The notes beneath the pieces are model-generated. The model made no database searches. It worked only from the letters and a program-made list of their open reading frames with translations, and was not told the DNA's origin. From positions 42,425 through 106,424 of the forward strand of contig CAZNVH010000056.1 in the NCBI GenBank assembly GCA_964576525.1: 64,000 nucleotides of DNA. The letters run 5' to 3'. The position numbers and the translations under genes are program-made. This document shows, piece after piece, positions 13,311 to 23,839 of this stretch (positions are counted from its first letter, which is position 1; every line of letters begins with the position of its first letter). Source of the stretch: an uncultured Enterobacteriaceae bacterium. GTDB taxonomy: Bacteria > Pseudomonadota > Gammaproteobacteria > Burkholderiales > SG8-39.

Positions 13311-13350
13311 AAAAAAGAAAAAGCCCGCTCGGCTTGCGCAGGACGGGCTT
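13311..13350 (-). terminator. intrinsic-terminator-like hairpin inside the metH 5' leader (candidate attenuator or riboswitch expression platform)
   Basis: The minus strand reads AAGCCCGtcctgcgcaagccgagCGGGCTTTTTCTTTTTTgggaccgATG. That is a 7-bp GC stem followed by a T-rich run ending 7 nt before the metH ATG. No minus-strand gene ends here. Confidence 0.55.
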
Positions 13351-13466
13351 CGACGCGCGTCTCTTTAGCGGTATTTGTAACGCGCCCGCAAGCTGAGCCT
13401 CAAATCGGCGCGATAGTGGGATTCTGCCCATCAAGTCCTGATCTGTCAACGGCTTATAATCGATCG

Positions 13467-13910
13467 ATGAGCGCGTTCGAGTCAGAATTTCAGTCCATCG
13501 TCGGGCGCTTCGTCTGCGAGGTGTACTGGGGCGACTGCGACCCCGCCGGCATAATTTTCTATCCGACCTACTTCCGCTGGATGGACGCCGCCACCTGGGC
13601 GTTCATGGGCTCGGTCGGCTACAGCCCGAAGCGCATGCGCGAAGAGCACCAGTCGATGCCTCTGATCAGCGCGGAATGCAAGTTCGTCGCCCCCGCGCAG
13701 CATGGCGATCGCTGCGAGGTGCGCTCGCGCATTGCGCGCTTCGGCAACGCCTCGTTCGTCGTGGCGCACGACATCGTGCGCGCCGACGGCGTGAAGCTGG
13801 CGCAGGGAAGCGAAACGCGCGTCTGGGCCCGCTACGTCAACGGCCCCGGCACCCCAATCAAGAGCCAGCCGATCCCCGAGGACGTCAAGGCGCTGTTTCG
13901 CACCCGGTAG
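13467..13910 (+). CDS. acyl-CoA thioesterase (4HBT/YbgC-like hot-dog fold)
   Basis: 147 aa starting at the ATG at 13467. The N-terminal pattern YWGDCDPAGIIFYPTYFRWMD is typical of 4-hydroxybenzoyl-CoA thioesterase-type proteins. Confidence 0.8.
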   Translation: MSAFESEFQSIVGRFVCEVYWGDCDPAGIIFYPTYFRWMDAATWAFMGSVGYSPKRMREEHQSMPLISAECKFVAPAQHGDRCEVRSRIARFGNASFVVAHDIVRADGVKLAQGSETRVWARYVNGPGTPIKSQPIPEDVKALFRTR

Positions 13911-13913
13911 CGT

Positions 13914-16106
<2,193 letters not shown>

Positions 16107-16109
16107 GGT

Positions 16110-16748
16110 CTACTCTGCGTCGGGTTGTTTCGCGGGCTGTGCGCGATCGAAGGCCTCGAGCTTCATGCACTGCTCGAACACGCGCATCGTGGTCGGATAA
16201 GGAGCGAGGTCGCTGTTGTAGCGCTTTGCGTTGAAGATCTGCGGCACCAGGCAGCAGTCGGCCATGGTGGGCGCATCGCCGTAACAGAATCTACTCTTCT
16301 TGTCGGCAACCAGCTCTCCTTCAAACTTCATCAGCCCGTCGGCGATCCAGTGGCGGTACCAGGTGTTGACCTGATCTTCATTCTGCCCGACCACGCGCTT
16401 GAGGTGCTGCAGCACGCGCAGGTTGTTCAATGGATGGATCTCGCAGGCGATCAGCTCCGAGAGCGAGCGCACGCGTGCTTTGCCCAGGGAATCGCCCGGC
16501 AACAGCGGCGGCCGCGGATGCTTCTCGTCCAGGTACTCGATGATCGCGAGCGATTGGTTGAGGTGCGTGCCGTCGTCGAGCACCAGCGTCGGCACCAGCG
16601 CCTGCGGATTGACCTTCGCGTATTCCGGCTGGCGGTGCTCGCCTTTGGCAAGGTGCACGAACTCCGGCTGGTAGGCGAGGCCTTTCAGGTTGAGCGCGAT
16701 GCGGACGCGGAACGCGGCCGAGCTGCGGAAGTAGGTATACAGCCTCAC
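16110..16748 (-). CDS. maiA: glutathione-dependent maleylpyruvate/maleylacetoacetate isomerase (GST zeta class)
   Basis: 212 aa from the GTG at 16748, in a GTGA overlap with the upstream gene. The zeta-GST N-terminus is LYTYFRSSAAFRVRIALNLKG. VNPQALVPTL and SLAIIEYLDE are also present. Confidence 0.85.
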   Translation of the reverse strand: MRLYTYFRSSAAFRVRIALNLKGLAYQPEFVHLAKGEHRQPEYAKVNPQALVPTLVLDDGTHLNQSLAIIEYLDEKHPRPPLLPGDSLGKARVRSLSELIACEIHPLNNLRVLQHLKRVVGQNEDQVNTWYRHWIADGLMKFEGELVADKKSRFCYGDAPTMADCCLVPQIFNAKRYNSDLAPYPTTMRVFEQCMKLEAFDRAQPAKQPDAE

Positions 16749-17437
16749 AGGGCCGGAAGGATCTTCACCTTGAGCTCGCCGACGCCGTCGATGCCGGCGT
16801 GCAGCTCGTCGCCCGCTTTCACCGGGCCGACGCCCGCGGGCGTGCCGGAAAAGATCAAGTCGCCCGGCTCGAGCGTGTAGTACTCCGAGAGATACGCGAT
16901 CTGCTCGGGTACCGACCAGATCATGTCGCCGAGGTCCGCTTTCTGGCGCTGCTTGCCGTTGACGTTGAGCCACAGCGCGCCGCGCGCGGGATGGCCGATC
17001 TTCGCCGCCAGCACCAGCGCGCCGCACGGCGCCGCTTCGTCGAAGTCCTTGCCGAAATCCCAGGGCCGGCCATGGTCCTTGCCCCATTGCTGCAGGTCGC
17101 GGCGCGTCATGTCGAGCCCGACCGCGTAGCCGAACACATGCTCGTTGGCGCGCGTAGCGGCTATGCGCCGGCCGCCCTTGGCGAGCGCGACGACCAACTC
17201 GGTCTCGTAATGGTAGTTGGACGTCTTGGCCGGATAGTGGACATTGCCGCCCTGCGGCACCAGCGAGTGCGCGCTCTTGATGAAGAAGAACGGCTGCTCG
17301 CGGCCGTCGCCGCCCATTTCCTTCTGGTGCTCGGCGTAGTTGCGCCCGACGCAAAAAATGCGCCGGACCGGAAAGCTGTCGGAGCCGCCCGCGACCGGCA
17401 GCGCCGGCGGGCTCCACAGGGGAATGGCGTGACCCAT
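16745..17437 (-). CDS. fumarylacetoacetate hydrolase family protein (fumarylpyruvate hydrolase-like)
   Basis: 230 aa with FAH-fold motifs (IFCVGRNYAEH, YETELVVAL, GDLIFSGTPAGVGPV). Paired with the zeta-GST isomerase in the same way as nagK-nagL. Confidence 0.82.
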   Translation of the reverse strand: MGHAIPLWSPPALPVAGGSDSFPVRRIFCVGRNYAEHQKEMGGDGREQPFFFIKSAHSLVPQGGNVHYPAKTSNYHYETELVVALAKGGRRIAATRANEHVFGYAVGLDMTRRDLQQWGKDHGRPWDFGKDFDEAAPCGALVLAAKIGHPARGALWLNVNGKQRQKADLGDMIWSVPEQIAYLSEYYTLEPGDLIFSGTPAGVGPVKAGDELHAGIDGVGELKVKILPAL

Positions 17438-17466
17438 GGAATTCCTCGAAAAAGCGCGATTCTAGG

Positions 17467-18333
17467 TTATCCCTCGTACTGCGGCGCCACGCGGATGCGG
17501 AACTCGCCGACGCTCTGGATTCCGGCGTGAATCTCGTCGCCCGGCTTGACCGGACCCACGCCCTCGGGGGTGCCGCTGAAGATGATGTCGCCCGGGTGCA
17601 GCGTGTAGAAGCTGGTGGCGAACTCGATCAGCCGCTCGACGTTGTACACCATGCGGCGCGTGTTCGAGCGCTGCCGCGTCTCGCCGTTCACCGTGAGCCA
17701 CAGGTCGAGCGCGTTCGGGTCGGGCACCTCGTCGCGCGTCACCAGCCAGGGCGCGAGCACGCTGTAGGTATCGATCGACTTGCGGAAGCTGGGGAACTCC
17801 GGGCCGCGCAGCGTCATGTCGAGACCGATCGAGTAGCCGCAGACGTAGTCGAGCGCGCGGGCGCGCGGCACATGGTTCGCTTCGCGCCCGATGATCACCG
17901 CCAGCTCAACCTCGTGGTCGTTGCGCCGCTCCGGGAAGCGCAGCCGGATCGGGTCGGCGGCGCCGATCAGCGAGCTCGGCGCCTTCAGGAACAGGCCCCA
18001 GTCGCCGATGGTCTTGATCTCGCGCCCGTGCGCAATGCCCTGGTCGGCCTTGGCCTCGTCGATGTGCGCCTGGTAGTTGATCGGCGCGTTGACGATCTTC
18101 GACGGATTGGCCACCGGCGGGCGCAGGCGCACCTCGGCCAGCTTGCGGCGCGGCGCGCGCGGCGCCAGCGCCTTCGCCCGCTCGAGGACCGCCGGCAGGT
18201 GCGCGATCAGCGCGTCGCCGTGCGGGTAGGGCCATTTGCGCGGCGCGATCGCGTCGAGCGCCGCGCTCACGTCGAGCACCTCGGCGCCCTCCACGATGCC
18301 GAGCCTGTCGTCGTCGAATCTGCAGAGCTTCAT
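17467..18333 (-). CDS. fumarylacetoacetate hydrolase family protein (COG0179 hydratase/decarboxylase type)
   Basis: 288 aa with an FAH C-terminal domain (HEVELAVIIG, GDIIFSGTPEGVGPV). Confidence 0.8.
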   Translation of the reverse strand: MKLCRFDDDRLGIVEGAEVLDVSAALDAIAPRKWPYPHGDALIAHLPAVLERAKALAPRAPRRKLAEVRLRPPVANPSKIVNAPINYQAHIDEAKADQGIAHGREIKTIGDWGLFLKAPSSLIGAADPIRLRFPERRNDHEVELAVIIGREANHVPRARALDYVCGYSIGLDMTLRGPEFPSFRKSIDTYSVLAPWLVTRDEVPDPNALDLWLTVNGETRQRSNTRRMVYNVERLIEFATSFYTLHPGDIIFSGTPEGVGPVKPGDEIHAGIQSVGEFRIRVAPQYEG

Positions 18334-18593
18334 AGGCGGATCACGATATCACTCCACACCTGGGTGCGGCAGGCCAGCACGATGCTGCCGGCGCGCTCGG
18401 CGGCGGACAGGGCGTGCTCGGAATACTCGAGTTCCTGGACCTTGCCGGACACCAGCTCGCACTTGCAAGTGCCGCAGTTGCCCGTCTGGCAGGCAAAGGG
18501 GAATGGGAGTCCGGCACGCAGCAGCGCGCCGAGCAGCGTGTCGCCGGCTTGCACCGGCACCGGCTGGTCGTGGCCTTCGAGGGTGATTTGCAT
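18330..18593 (-). CDS. plant-type [2Fe-2S] ferredoxin
   Basis: 87 aa with the cluster ligand pattern CQTGNCGTCKC plus a distal Cys (LACRT). It is the first gene of the minus-strand operon and overlaps the next gene by 4 nt. Confidence 0.85.
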   Translation of the reverse strand: MQITLEGHDQPVPVQAGDTLLGALLRAGLPFPFACQTGNCGTCKCELVSGKVQELEYSEHALSAAERAGSIVLACRTQVWSDIVIRL

Positions 18594-18614
18594 GCGCGCC
18601 GGGGGTCTCCTACG

Positions 18615-19058
18615 ATGGTATCAAGCTGTTTGGAGGCCAAACAGATTCTCAAACCCGGTTTGCTTTCGAGTCTGATCGGTTATCGACTGCGCCTCGCGCA
18701 GCAGGCGGTGTTCCGCGACTACGCGCGCGCCATCCCCGAGGCTTCGCCCGGCCGCGCCGGAATCCTGCTCCTGATCGACGCCAATCCGGGCGTGACGCAG
18801 AGCCGGCTCGCCCAGGCAGTCGGCATCGACCGCTCGACCCTGGTGGGGGTGCTGCACGCGCTTGCGGCGCGCGATCTCGTCGAGCGCCGGCGCGGCGAGG
18901 ACCGGCGCACCAACGGGCTGTGGCTGACGCGCGCCGGGCGCGCGCTGGTTGCCGGGCTCAAGCAACGCATCCGGATGCATGAGCGTCGCGTTGCGTCCCG
19001 CCTGAGTGCCGCCGAACGCGCCCAACTGCTGGCGCTTCTCGAGAAGCTCGCGGGATAA
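18615..19058 (+). CDS. MarR family transcriptional regulator
   Basis: About 147 aa with a winged HTH (TQSRLAQAVGIDRSTLVGVLHALAARDLVERR). Divergent from the catabolic operon. The start is uncertain: ATG 18615, or TTG 18630 or 18660. Confidence 0.85.
   Translation: MVSSCLEAKQILKPGLLSSLIGYRLRLAQQAVFRDYARAIPEASPGRAGILLLIDANPGVTQSRLAQAVGIDRSTLVGVLHALAARDLVERRRGEDRRTNGLWLTRAGRALVAGLKQRIRMHERRVASRLSAAERAQLLALLEKLAG
18626..18644. promoter_or_regulatory. perfect palindrome, candidate MarR operator
   Basis: CTGTTTGG-agg-CCAAACAG (8+3+8). It lies in the divergent control region, about 33 nt upstream of the ferredoxin start codon on the minus strand. Confidence 0.5.
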
Positions 19059-19086
19059 AAAAAGGGGCGCCGAAGCGCCCCCTTTT
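19057..19086. terminator. bidirectional rho-independent terminator between marR and amtB
   Basis: AAAAAAA-GGGGCGC-cgaa-GCGCCCC-c-TTTT. A GC stem is flanked by an A-run and a T-run, between convergent genes. Confidence 0.8.
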
Positions 19087-19104
19087 CGTACGCGGAGTGA
19101 CTGC

Positions 19105-20583
19105 TTACATGCGGTAAGCGGCTTCTCCGTGCGAGGCGGTATCCAGGCCCTCGCGCTCGTCCTCTTCGGTGACGCGCAGCCCGATCGTCCAGTCCACGAG
19201 CTTGAACGCCACTAGGGCGACGACCCCCGACCAGACGATCGTCACGCCGACGGCCTTGGCTTGGACCCAAAGCTGCTCGCCGATCGAGCTGAACCCGGTC
19301 TTGGCGGTAATCCAGTCGGTGACGAAGCCCGGCCCGCCGAGGTCCGGCGAATTGAACACGCCGGTAAGCAGCGCGCCGAGAATGCCGCCGACCGCATGCA
19401 CGCCGAACACGTCGAGCGAGTCGTCGGCGCCGAGCAGCTTCTTCAGCCCGCTCACGCCCCACAGGCACACGATGCCCGCGGCCAGGCCGATGACGAAGGC
19501 GCCCGGGAGGCCGACGTTACCCGCGGCAGGGGTGATCGCCACCAGGCCGGCGACCGCACCCGACGCCGCCCCGAGCATGGTCGGCTTGCTCTTGAAGATC
19601 GCCTCACCCAGGCACCAGGAGAGCACCGCGCAGGCCGTGGCGATGTAGGTGTTGAGGAAGGCGAGCGCGGCGGAGTTGCCAGCCTCGAGCGCCGAGCCGG
19701 CGTTGAAGCCGAACCAGCCCACCCACAGGAGCGAAGCGCCGATCATGGTCAGCGGCAGGTTGTGCGCGGGCATCGCTTCCTTGCCGTAGCCGACGCGCCG
19801 GCCCACCAGGTAGGCGCCGACCAACCCGGCGACGCCGGCATTGATGTGCACCACCGTGCCGCCGGCGAAGTCGAGCGCGCCCCACTGCCAGATCAGGCCG
19901 GCCTTGCCGTTCATCTCGTCGGCCACCCCCTTGGCTGCGGTATACGCGTCCGGGCCCATCCAGAACCACACCATGTGCGCGACCGGGGTGTAGGCGAAGG
20001 TGAACCACAGCACGATGAACACCAGCACCGCCGAGAACTTGGCGCGCTCGGCGAACGCGCCGAGGATCAGGCAGCAGGTGATCGCGGCGAAGGTCGCCTG
20101 GAACGCGACGAACACGATCTCCGGGATGACCACGCCTTTGGAGAACGTCGCCGCGTTGGCGAACTCGCCTTTGCCGGCATCCAGCGCGCCCGAGAGGAAC
20201 AGCCGATCGAAGCCGCCGAAGTACGCGTTGCCCTCGGTGAAGGCGAGGCTGTAGCCGTAGATGACCCACAGCACCGTCACCAGCGAGAACACCACGAACA
20301 CCTGCATCAGCATCGACAGCGCGTTCTTCGAGCGCACCATGCCGCCGTAGAACAGCGCCAGCCCCGGCACGCTCATCATGATCACCAGCGCGGTCGACAC
20401 CAGCATCCAGCTGACGTCGCCCTTGTTCGGCGTCGGCGGCGCGGGCTTGGCTTCTTCCTTCTTCGCGTCCGGCGCCGCCGCGGCCGGCTTGTCCGGCGCA
20501 GCCGCGGGCTTGTCTTGCGCCAGCGTTGCGCCCGCGAACATCAGCGAGAGCACCAGCGCCAGGAATGCACAGAGCTTCTTCAT
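19105..20583 (-). CDS. amtB: ammonium transporter
   Basis: About 492 aa from the ATG at 20583 (MKKLCAFLALVLS, a signal peptide). Amt family body (DFAGGTVVHINAGVAGL, LDVFGVHAVGGILGA). Preceded by glnK. Confidence 0.93.
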   Translation of the reverse strand: MKKLCAFLALVLSLMFAGATLAQDKPAAAPDKPAAAAPDAKKEEAKPAPPTPNKGDVSWMLVSTALVIMMSVPGLALFYGGMVRSKNALSMLMQVFVVFSLVTVLWVIYGYSLAFTEGNAYFGGFDRLFLSGALDAGKGEFANAATFSKGVVIPEIVFVAFQATFAAITCCLILGAFAERAKFSAVLVFIVLWFTFAYTPVAHMVWFWMGPDAYTAAKGVADEMNGKAGLIWQWGALDFAGGTVVHINAGVAGLVGAYLVGRRVGYGKEAMPAHNLPLTMIGASLLWVGWFGFNAGSALEAGNSAALAFLNTYIATACAVLSWCLGEAIFKSKPTMLGAASGAVAGLVAITPAAGNVGLPGAFVIGLAAGIVCLWGVSGLKKLLGADDSLDVFGVHAVGGILGALLTGVFNSPDLGGPGFVTDWITAKTGFSSIGEQLWVQAKAVGVTIVWSGVVALVAFKLVDWTIGLRVTEEDEREGLDTASHGEAAYRM

Positions 20584-20593
20584 CACATTCTCC

Positions 20594-20947
<354 letters not shown>

Positions 20948-21778
20948 TTAGAACGCCTTCATGACGGAGAGCACGACGGTGCTCTTGCCGATTTCCTTTT
21001 TCCCCTTGCTGCCGGCGGTGTAGTACCACTCGGGCTTGGCGTCGGTGTCGACGTAGGCGGCGCCCAGGACCCAGCCGTTCAGGTCGTAGGTGACGCCGAG
21101 CTTCCAGTCGCTGTAGTCGAGCTCGTTGTACTTCTTGACATCCAGATAGCCGTAGTGCACCACGAGCGACAGCTCCTTCGAGAGCGGGATGGCGGCGGTC
21201 AGGTCGAGATAGATGGTGCCCGCCGAGCCGCCCTTCCCGCCGAGCGCAGCGTTGGTGTCCTTGTGCGCGAAGTAGCCGCCGTCGGCCATCTCGTTGCCCA
21301 GGCCGAAGTAGTCGGAGAGCGAGTAATAGGCCTTCGCCGATGCCCACTTCCAGCTCGCGCCGACGTACACCTCCAGGTTGTCGAACTTGGCGTTGCCCGC
21401 GGTAGCGCCGGCATTCGCGTTCCACTCGGCGTTCGGGTAGTAGTAGTAGATCGTCCCGATGTCGATGCCGAAGTCGCCGAAGGTCTTCTTCCAGCCGCCG
21501 TAGAAGTCCATTTCGATTCCCGAGCCGCCGGAGAACAGGGTGCTGTTGACGTTCGAGTTCCAGTTGCCGAGATAGACGCCGCTGTCGTGGGCGTAGTCGA
21601 TGCCGCCCTGAATGGCCGGGCCGTTGTAGGTCTGCGAGATGCCGCGGAAGCGGTAGTCGCTGGCGATGGTCATGTTGCCGGCCACCGGCGAGGGCACCGC
21701 AGCCGGGGCCTGCGCGGCCGCGATCATTGGAGCGGCGAGGGCGGCTGCCGTCGACAGCGAGAGGATGGTCTTGCGCAT
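20948..21778 (-). CDS. TorF-family putative outer-membrane porin
   Basis: About 276 aa from the ATG at 21778 (MRKTILSLSTAAALAAPMIAAAQA, a signal peptide). Aromatic-rich beta-strand pattern ending in F. Located upstream of glnK-amtB. Confidence 0.7.
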   Translation of the reverse strand: MRKTILSLSTAAALAAPMIAAAQAPAAVPSPVAGNMTIASDYRFRGISQTYNGPAIQGGIDYAHDSGVYLGNWNSNVNSTLFSGGSGIEMDFYGGWKKTFGDFGIDIGTIYYYYPNAEWNANAGATAGNAKFDNLEVYVGASWKWASAKAYYSLSDYFGLGNEMADGGYFAHKDTNAALGGKGGSAGTIYLDLTAAIPLSKELSLVVHYGYLDVKKYNELDYSDWKLGVTYDLNGWVLGAAYVDTDAKPEWYYTAGSKGKKEIGKSTVVLSVMKAF

Positions 21779-21824
21779 CGGGAACTCCCTTTTCAGTTTG
21801 GAAATGGAAAGACAGGGAAGACTT

Positions 21825-21840
21825 AGCATCTCCTGTGCCA
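21825..21840 (-). promoter_or_regulatory. sigma-54 (-24/-12) promoter of the porin-glnK-amtB operon
   Basis: The minus strand reads TGGCACaggagATGCT, against the consensus TGGCAC-N5-TTGCW with correct GG/GC spacing. It lies about 46 nt upstream of the ATG, and an AAGGGAG Shine-Dalgarno follows. Confidence 0.75.
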
Positions 21841-21889
21841 ACGTATAACCTATTATTTTATATGACAGTATTTTTGAGGCGGTGGCTGA

Positions 21890-21908
21890 GCGCACCCTCC
21901 TGGTGCGC
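21890..21908. promoter_or_regulatory. NtrC-type enhancer palindrome (UAS 1)
   Basis: GCGCACC-ctcct-GGTGCGC, a perfect 7-bp inverted repeat matching the GCACC-N5-GGTGC core. An AT-rich stretch lies between it and the promoter. Confidence 0.6.
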
Positions 21909-21921
21909 GGCCCTGAAGCGC

Positions 21922-21940
21922 TTGCGCATCGCTGGTGCGC
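21922..21940. promoter_or_regulatory. second, imperfect NtrC-type site (UAS 2)
   Basis: TGCGCATcgcTGGTGCGC. The 16-nt string CTGGTGCGCGGCCCTG recurs at 21900 and 21932, 32 bp apart and so about in helical phase. Confidence 0.45.
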
Positions 21941-21962
21941 GGCCCTGCGCTACCTTTGGGCG

Positions 21963-22196
21963 ATGAGCGACCCCCGCCTTTTCGAGGATCTGCGCCAGCG
22001 CATCGACGAAGCGCTGCGCAACTCCCCGGCGCAGGACCTGGAGAAGAACCTGCGCGCGCTGCTCAGCGCCTGGTTCGACCGCATGGACCTCGTGCTGCGC
22101 GAGGACTTCGAGGTCCAGAAGAAGCTGCTCGAGCGCGCCGGGGCCAAGCTTGCCGAACTGGAAGCGCACATCTCCGAGCTCGAAGCACGCAAGTAA
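21963..22196 (+). CDS. ubiK: ubiquinone biosynthesis accessory factor UbiK (YqiC/BMFP family)
   Basis: 77 aa from the ATG at 21963 (MSDPRLFEDLRQRI...). DLVLREDFEVQKKLL and ISELE match E. coli YqiC (DLVSREEFDVQTQVL...ISELE). Confidence 0.8.
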   Translation: MSDPRLFEDLRQRIDEALRNSPAQDLEKNLRALLSAWFDRMDLVLREDFEVQKKLLERAGAKLAELEAHISELEARK

Positions 22197-22226
22197 ACCC
22201 CGGCCGCTGCCGGACGTTCTATAGGG

Positions 22227-23726
22227 ATGACGGTCGCCATCGTGGCGAGCCGCGCGCTCGCGGGTATTGATGCGCCCGAGGTCACGGTCGAAGTGCACCT
22301 CGGCCCGGGCCTGCCCGCTTTCCATATCGTCGGCCTGCCCGACGCCGGGGTGCGCGAGGCGCGCGACCGGGTGCGCGCGGCGCTGAACCATGCTCGCTTC
22401 GAGTTTCCGGCGCGGCGCATCACGGTCAACCTGGCGCCGGCGGAATTGCCCAAGGACTCGAGCCGCTTCGACCTGCCGATCGCGCTCGGCATCCTGGCGG
22501 CCAGCGGCCAGCTCCCGCCGCAGGCGCTCGCGGGGCTGGAGTTCGCGGGCGAGCTTTCGCTCACCGGCGAGCTGCGCGCGGTGCGGGGCGCGCTCGCCAT
22601 GGCGCTCTCCGCGCGCGGCGTGGGACGCGCCTTCGTGCTGCCGGAGGGTAACGCGCCGCAGGCCGCGCTCGCCGAAGGCGCCCGCATCCTTCCGGCGCGC
22701 ACGCTGCTCGAAGTCGTCGCGCATCTGGCCGGCGAAACGCCGCTCGTGCCCTATGCCGGCGGCTCGCGCCCGGCGACGGCGGCCTATCCCGACTTCAACG
22801 AGGTGAAGGGCCAGCAGCAGGCGAAGCGCGCCCTCGAAGTGGCGGCGGCCGGCTCGCATAGCGTGCTGATGGTCGGGCCGCCGGGGACCGGCAAGTCGAT
22901 GCTCGCCGCACGCTTTCCCGGGATCCTTCCGGGCCTGTCGGAGGCCGAAGCGCTCGAGGTCGCGGCGATCCACTCGGTCTCCACGGGCGGCTTCGACGCG
23001 CTGCGCTGGGGCGAGCGGCCGTTTCGCTCCCCGCATCACAGCGCCTCCGGCGCGGCGCTGGTCGGCGGCGGCGTGCTGCCGCGCCCGGGGGAGATCTCGC
23101 TGGCGCATCACGGCGTGCTGTTTCTGGACGAGCTGCCGGAGTTCGACCGCGACGTGCTTGAAGCGCTGCGCGAGCCGCTCGAATCCGGACGGGTGTCGAT
23201 CGCACGCGCCGCGCGGCAGGCGCAGTTCCCGGCGCGCTTTCTGCTGCTGGCGGCGATGAACCCCTGTCCCTGCGGTCATTGCGGCGACCGCGCCGGGCGC
23301 TGCCGCTGCACGCCCGAGCGCATCGCCCGCTACCGCGGGCGCGTGTCCGGGCCGCTCGCCGACCGCATCGACATCAAGCTCGAAGTGCCCGCGGTACGCG
23401 AAGCCGAGCTGATCGCGCCGGTCGCGGGCGAGGCGTCGGGTTCGATCCGCACGCGCGTCGACCAGGCGCGGCGGCTGCAGCTCGAGCGCCAGGGCAAGCC
23501 CAACTCCCTGCTCGGCACGCGCGAGATCGACCGCCTGTGCGGCACCGACCGCGAGGGCGATCAGCTGCTGCGGCACGCGCTCGCGCGCTTGCTGCTCTCG
23601 GCGCGTGCCTACCACCGCGTGCTGCGCGTGGCGCGCTCGATCGCTGATCTCGCCGAGAAGAGCACCATCACCGCCGAGCACATCGCCGAAGCGATCCAGT
23701 ACCGCAGGCTCGACGCGAGCTTTTAG
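22227..23726 (+). CDS. comM: YifB/ComM family Mg-chelatase-like AAA+ ATPase
   Basis: 499 aa with an N-terminal Lon-protease-like domain, Walker A GPPGTGKSM, Walker B VLFLDELPEF, and a Cys cluster (NPCPCGHCGDRAGRCRC). Confidence 0.92.
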   Translation: MTVAIVASRALAGIDAPEVTVEVHLGPGLPAFHIVGLPDAGVREARDRVRAALNHARFEFPARRITVNLAPAELPKDSSRFDLPIALGILAASGQLPPQALAGLEFAGELSLTGELRAVRGALAMALSARGVGRAFVLPEGNAPQAALAEGARILPARTLLEVVAHLAGETPLVPYAGGSRPATAAYPDFNEVKGQQQAKRALEVAAAGSHSVLMVGPPGTGKSMLAARFPGILPGLSEAEALEVAAIHSVSTGGFDALRWGERPFRSPHHSASGAALVGGGVLPRPGEISLAHHGVLFLDELPEFDRDVLEALREPLESGRVSIARAARQAQFPARFLLLAAMNPCPCGHCGDRAGRCRCTPERIARYRGRVSGPLADRIDIKLEVPAVREAELIAPVAGEASGSIRTRVDQARRLQLERQGKPNSLLGTREIDRLCGTDREGDQLLRHALARLLLSARAYHRVLRVARSIADLAEKSTITAEHIAEAIQYRRLDASF

Positions 23727-23839
23727 CCGGGATTCCCCTACAGGTTTCGGACAACAGGACAAATGCCGCCACGTTTGTGAACCATTTGTGACGTCTTTCG
23801 CATTGCCTAGCACCCGCAATCGGCGCAGATTAGCGAGGT

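Noticed and set aside
13304-13466. Cobalamin riboswitch upstream of metH.
   Set aside because: B12 riboswitches normally control metE or btuB rather than the B12-dependent MetH, and I could not find a B12-box-like element (GCCACTG context) in the leader.
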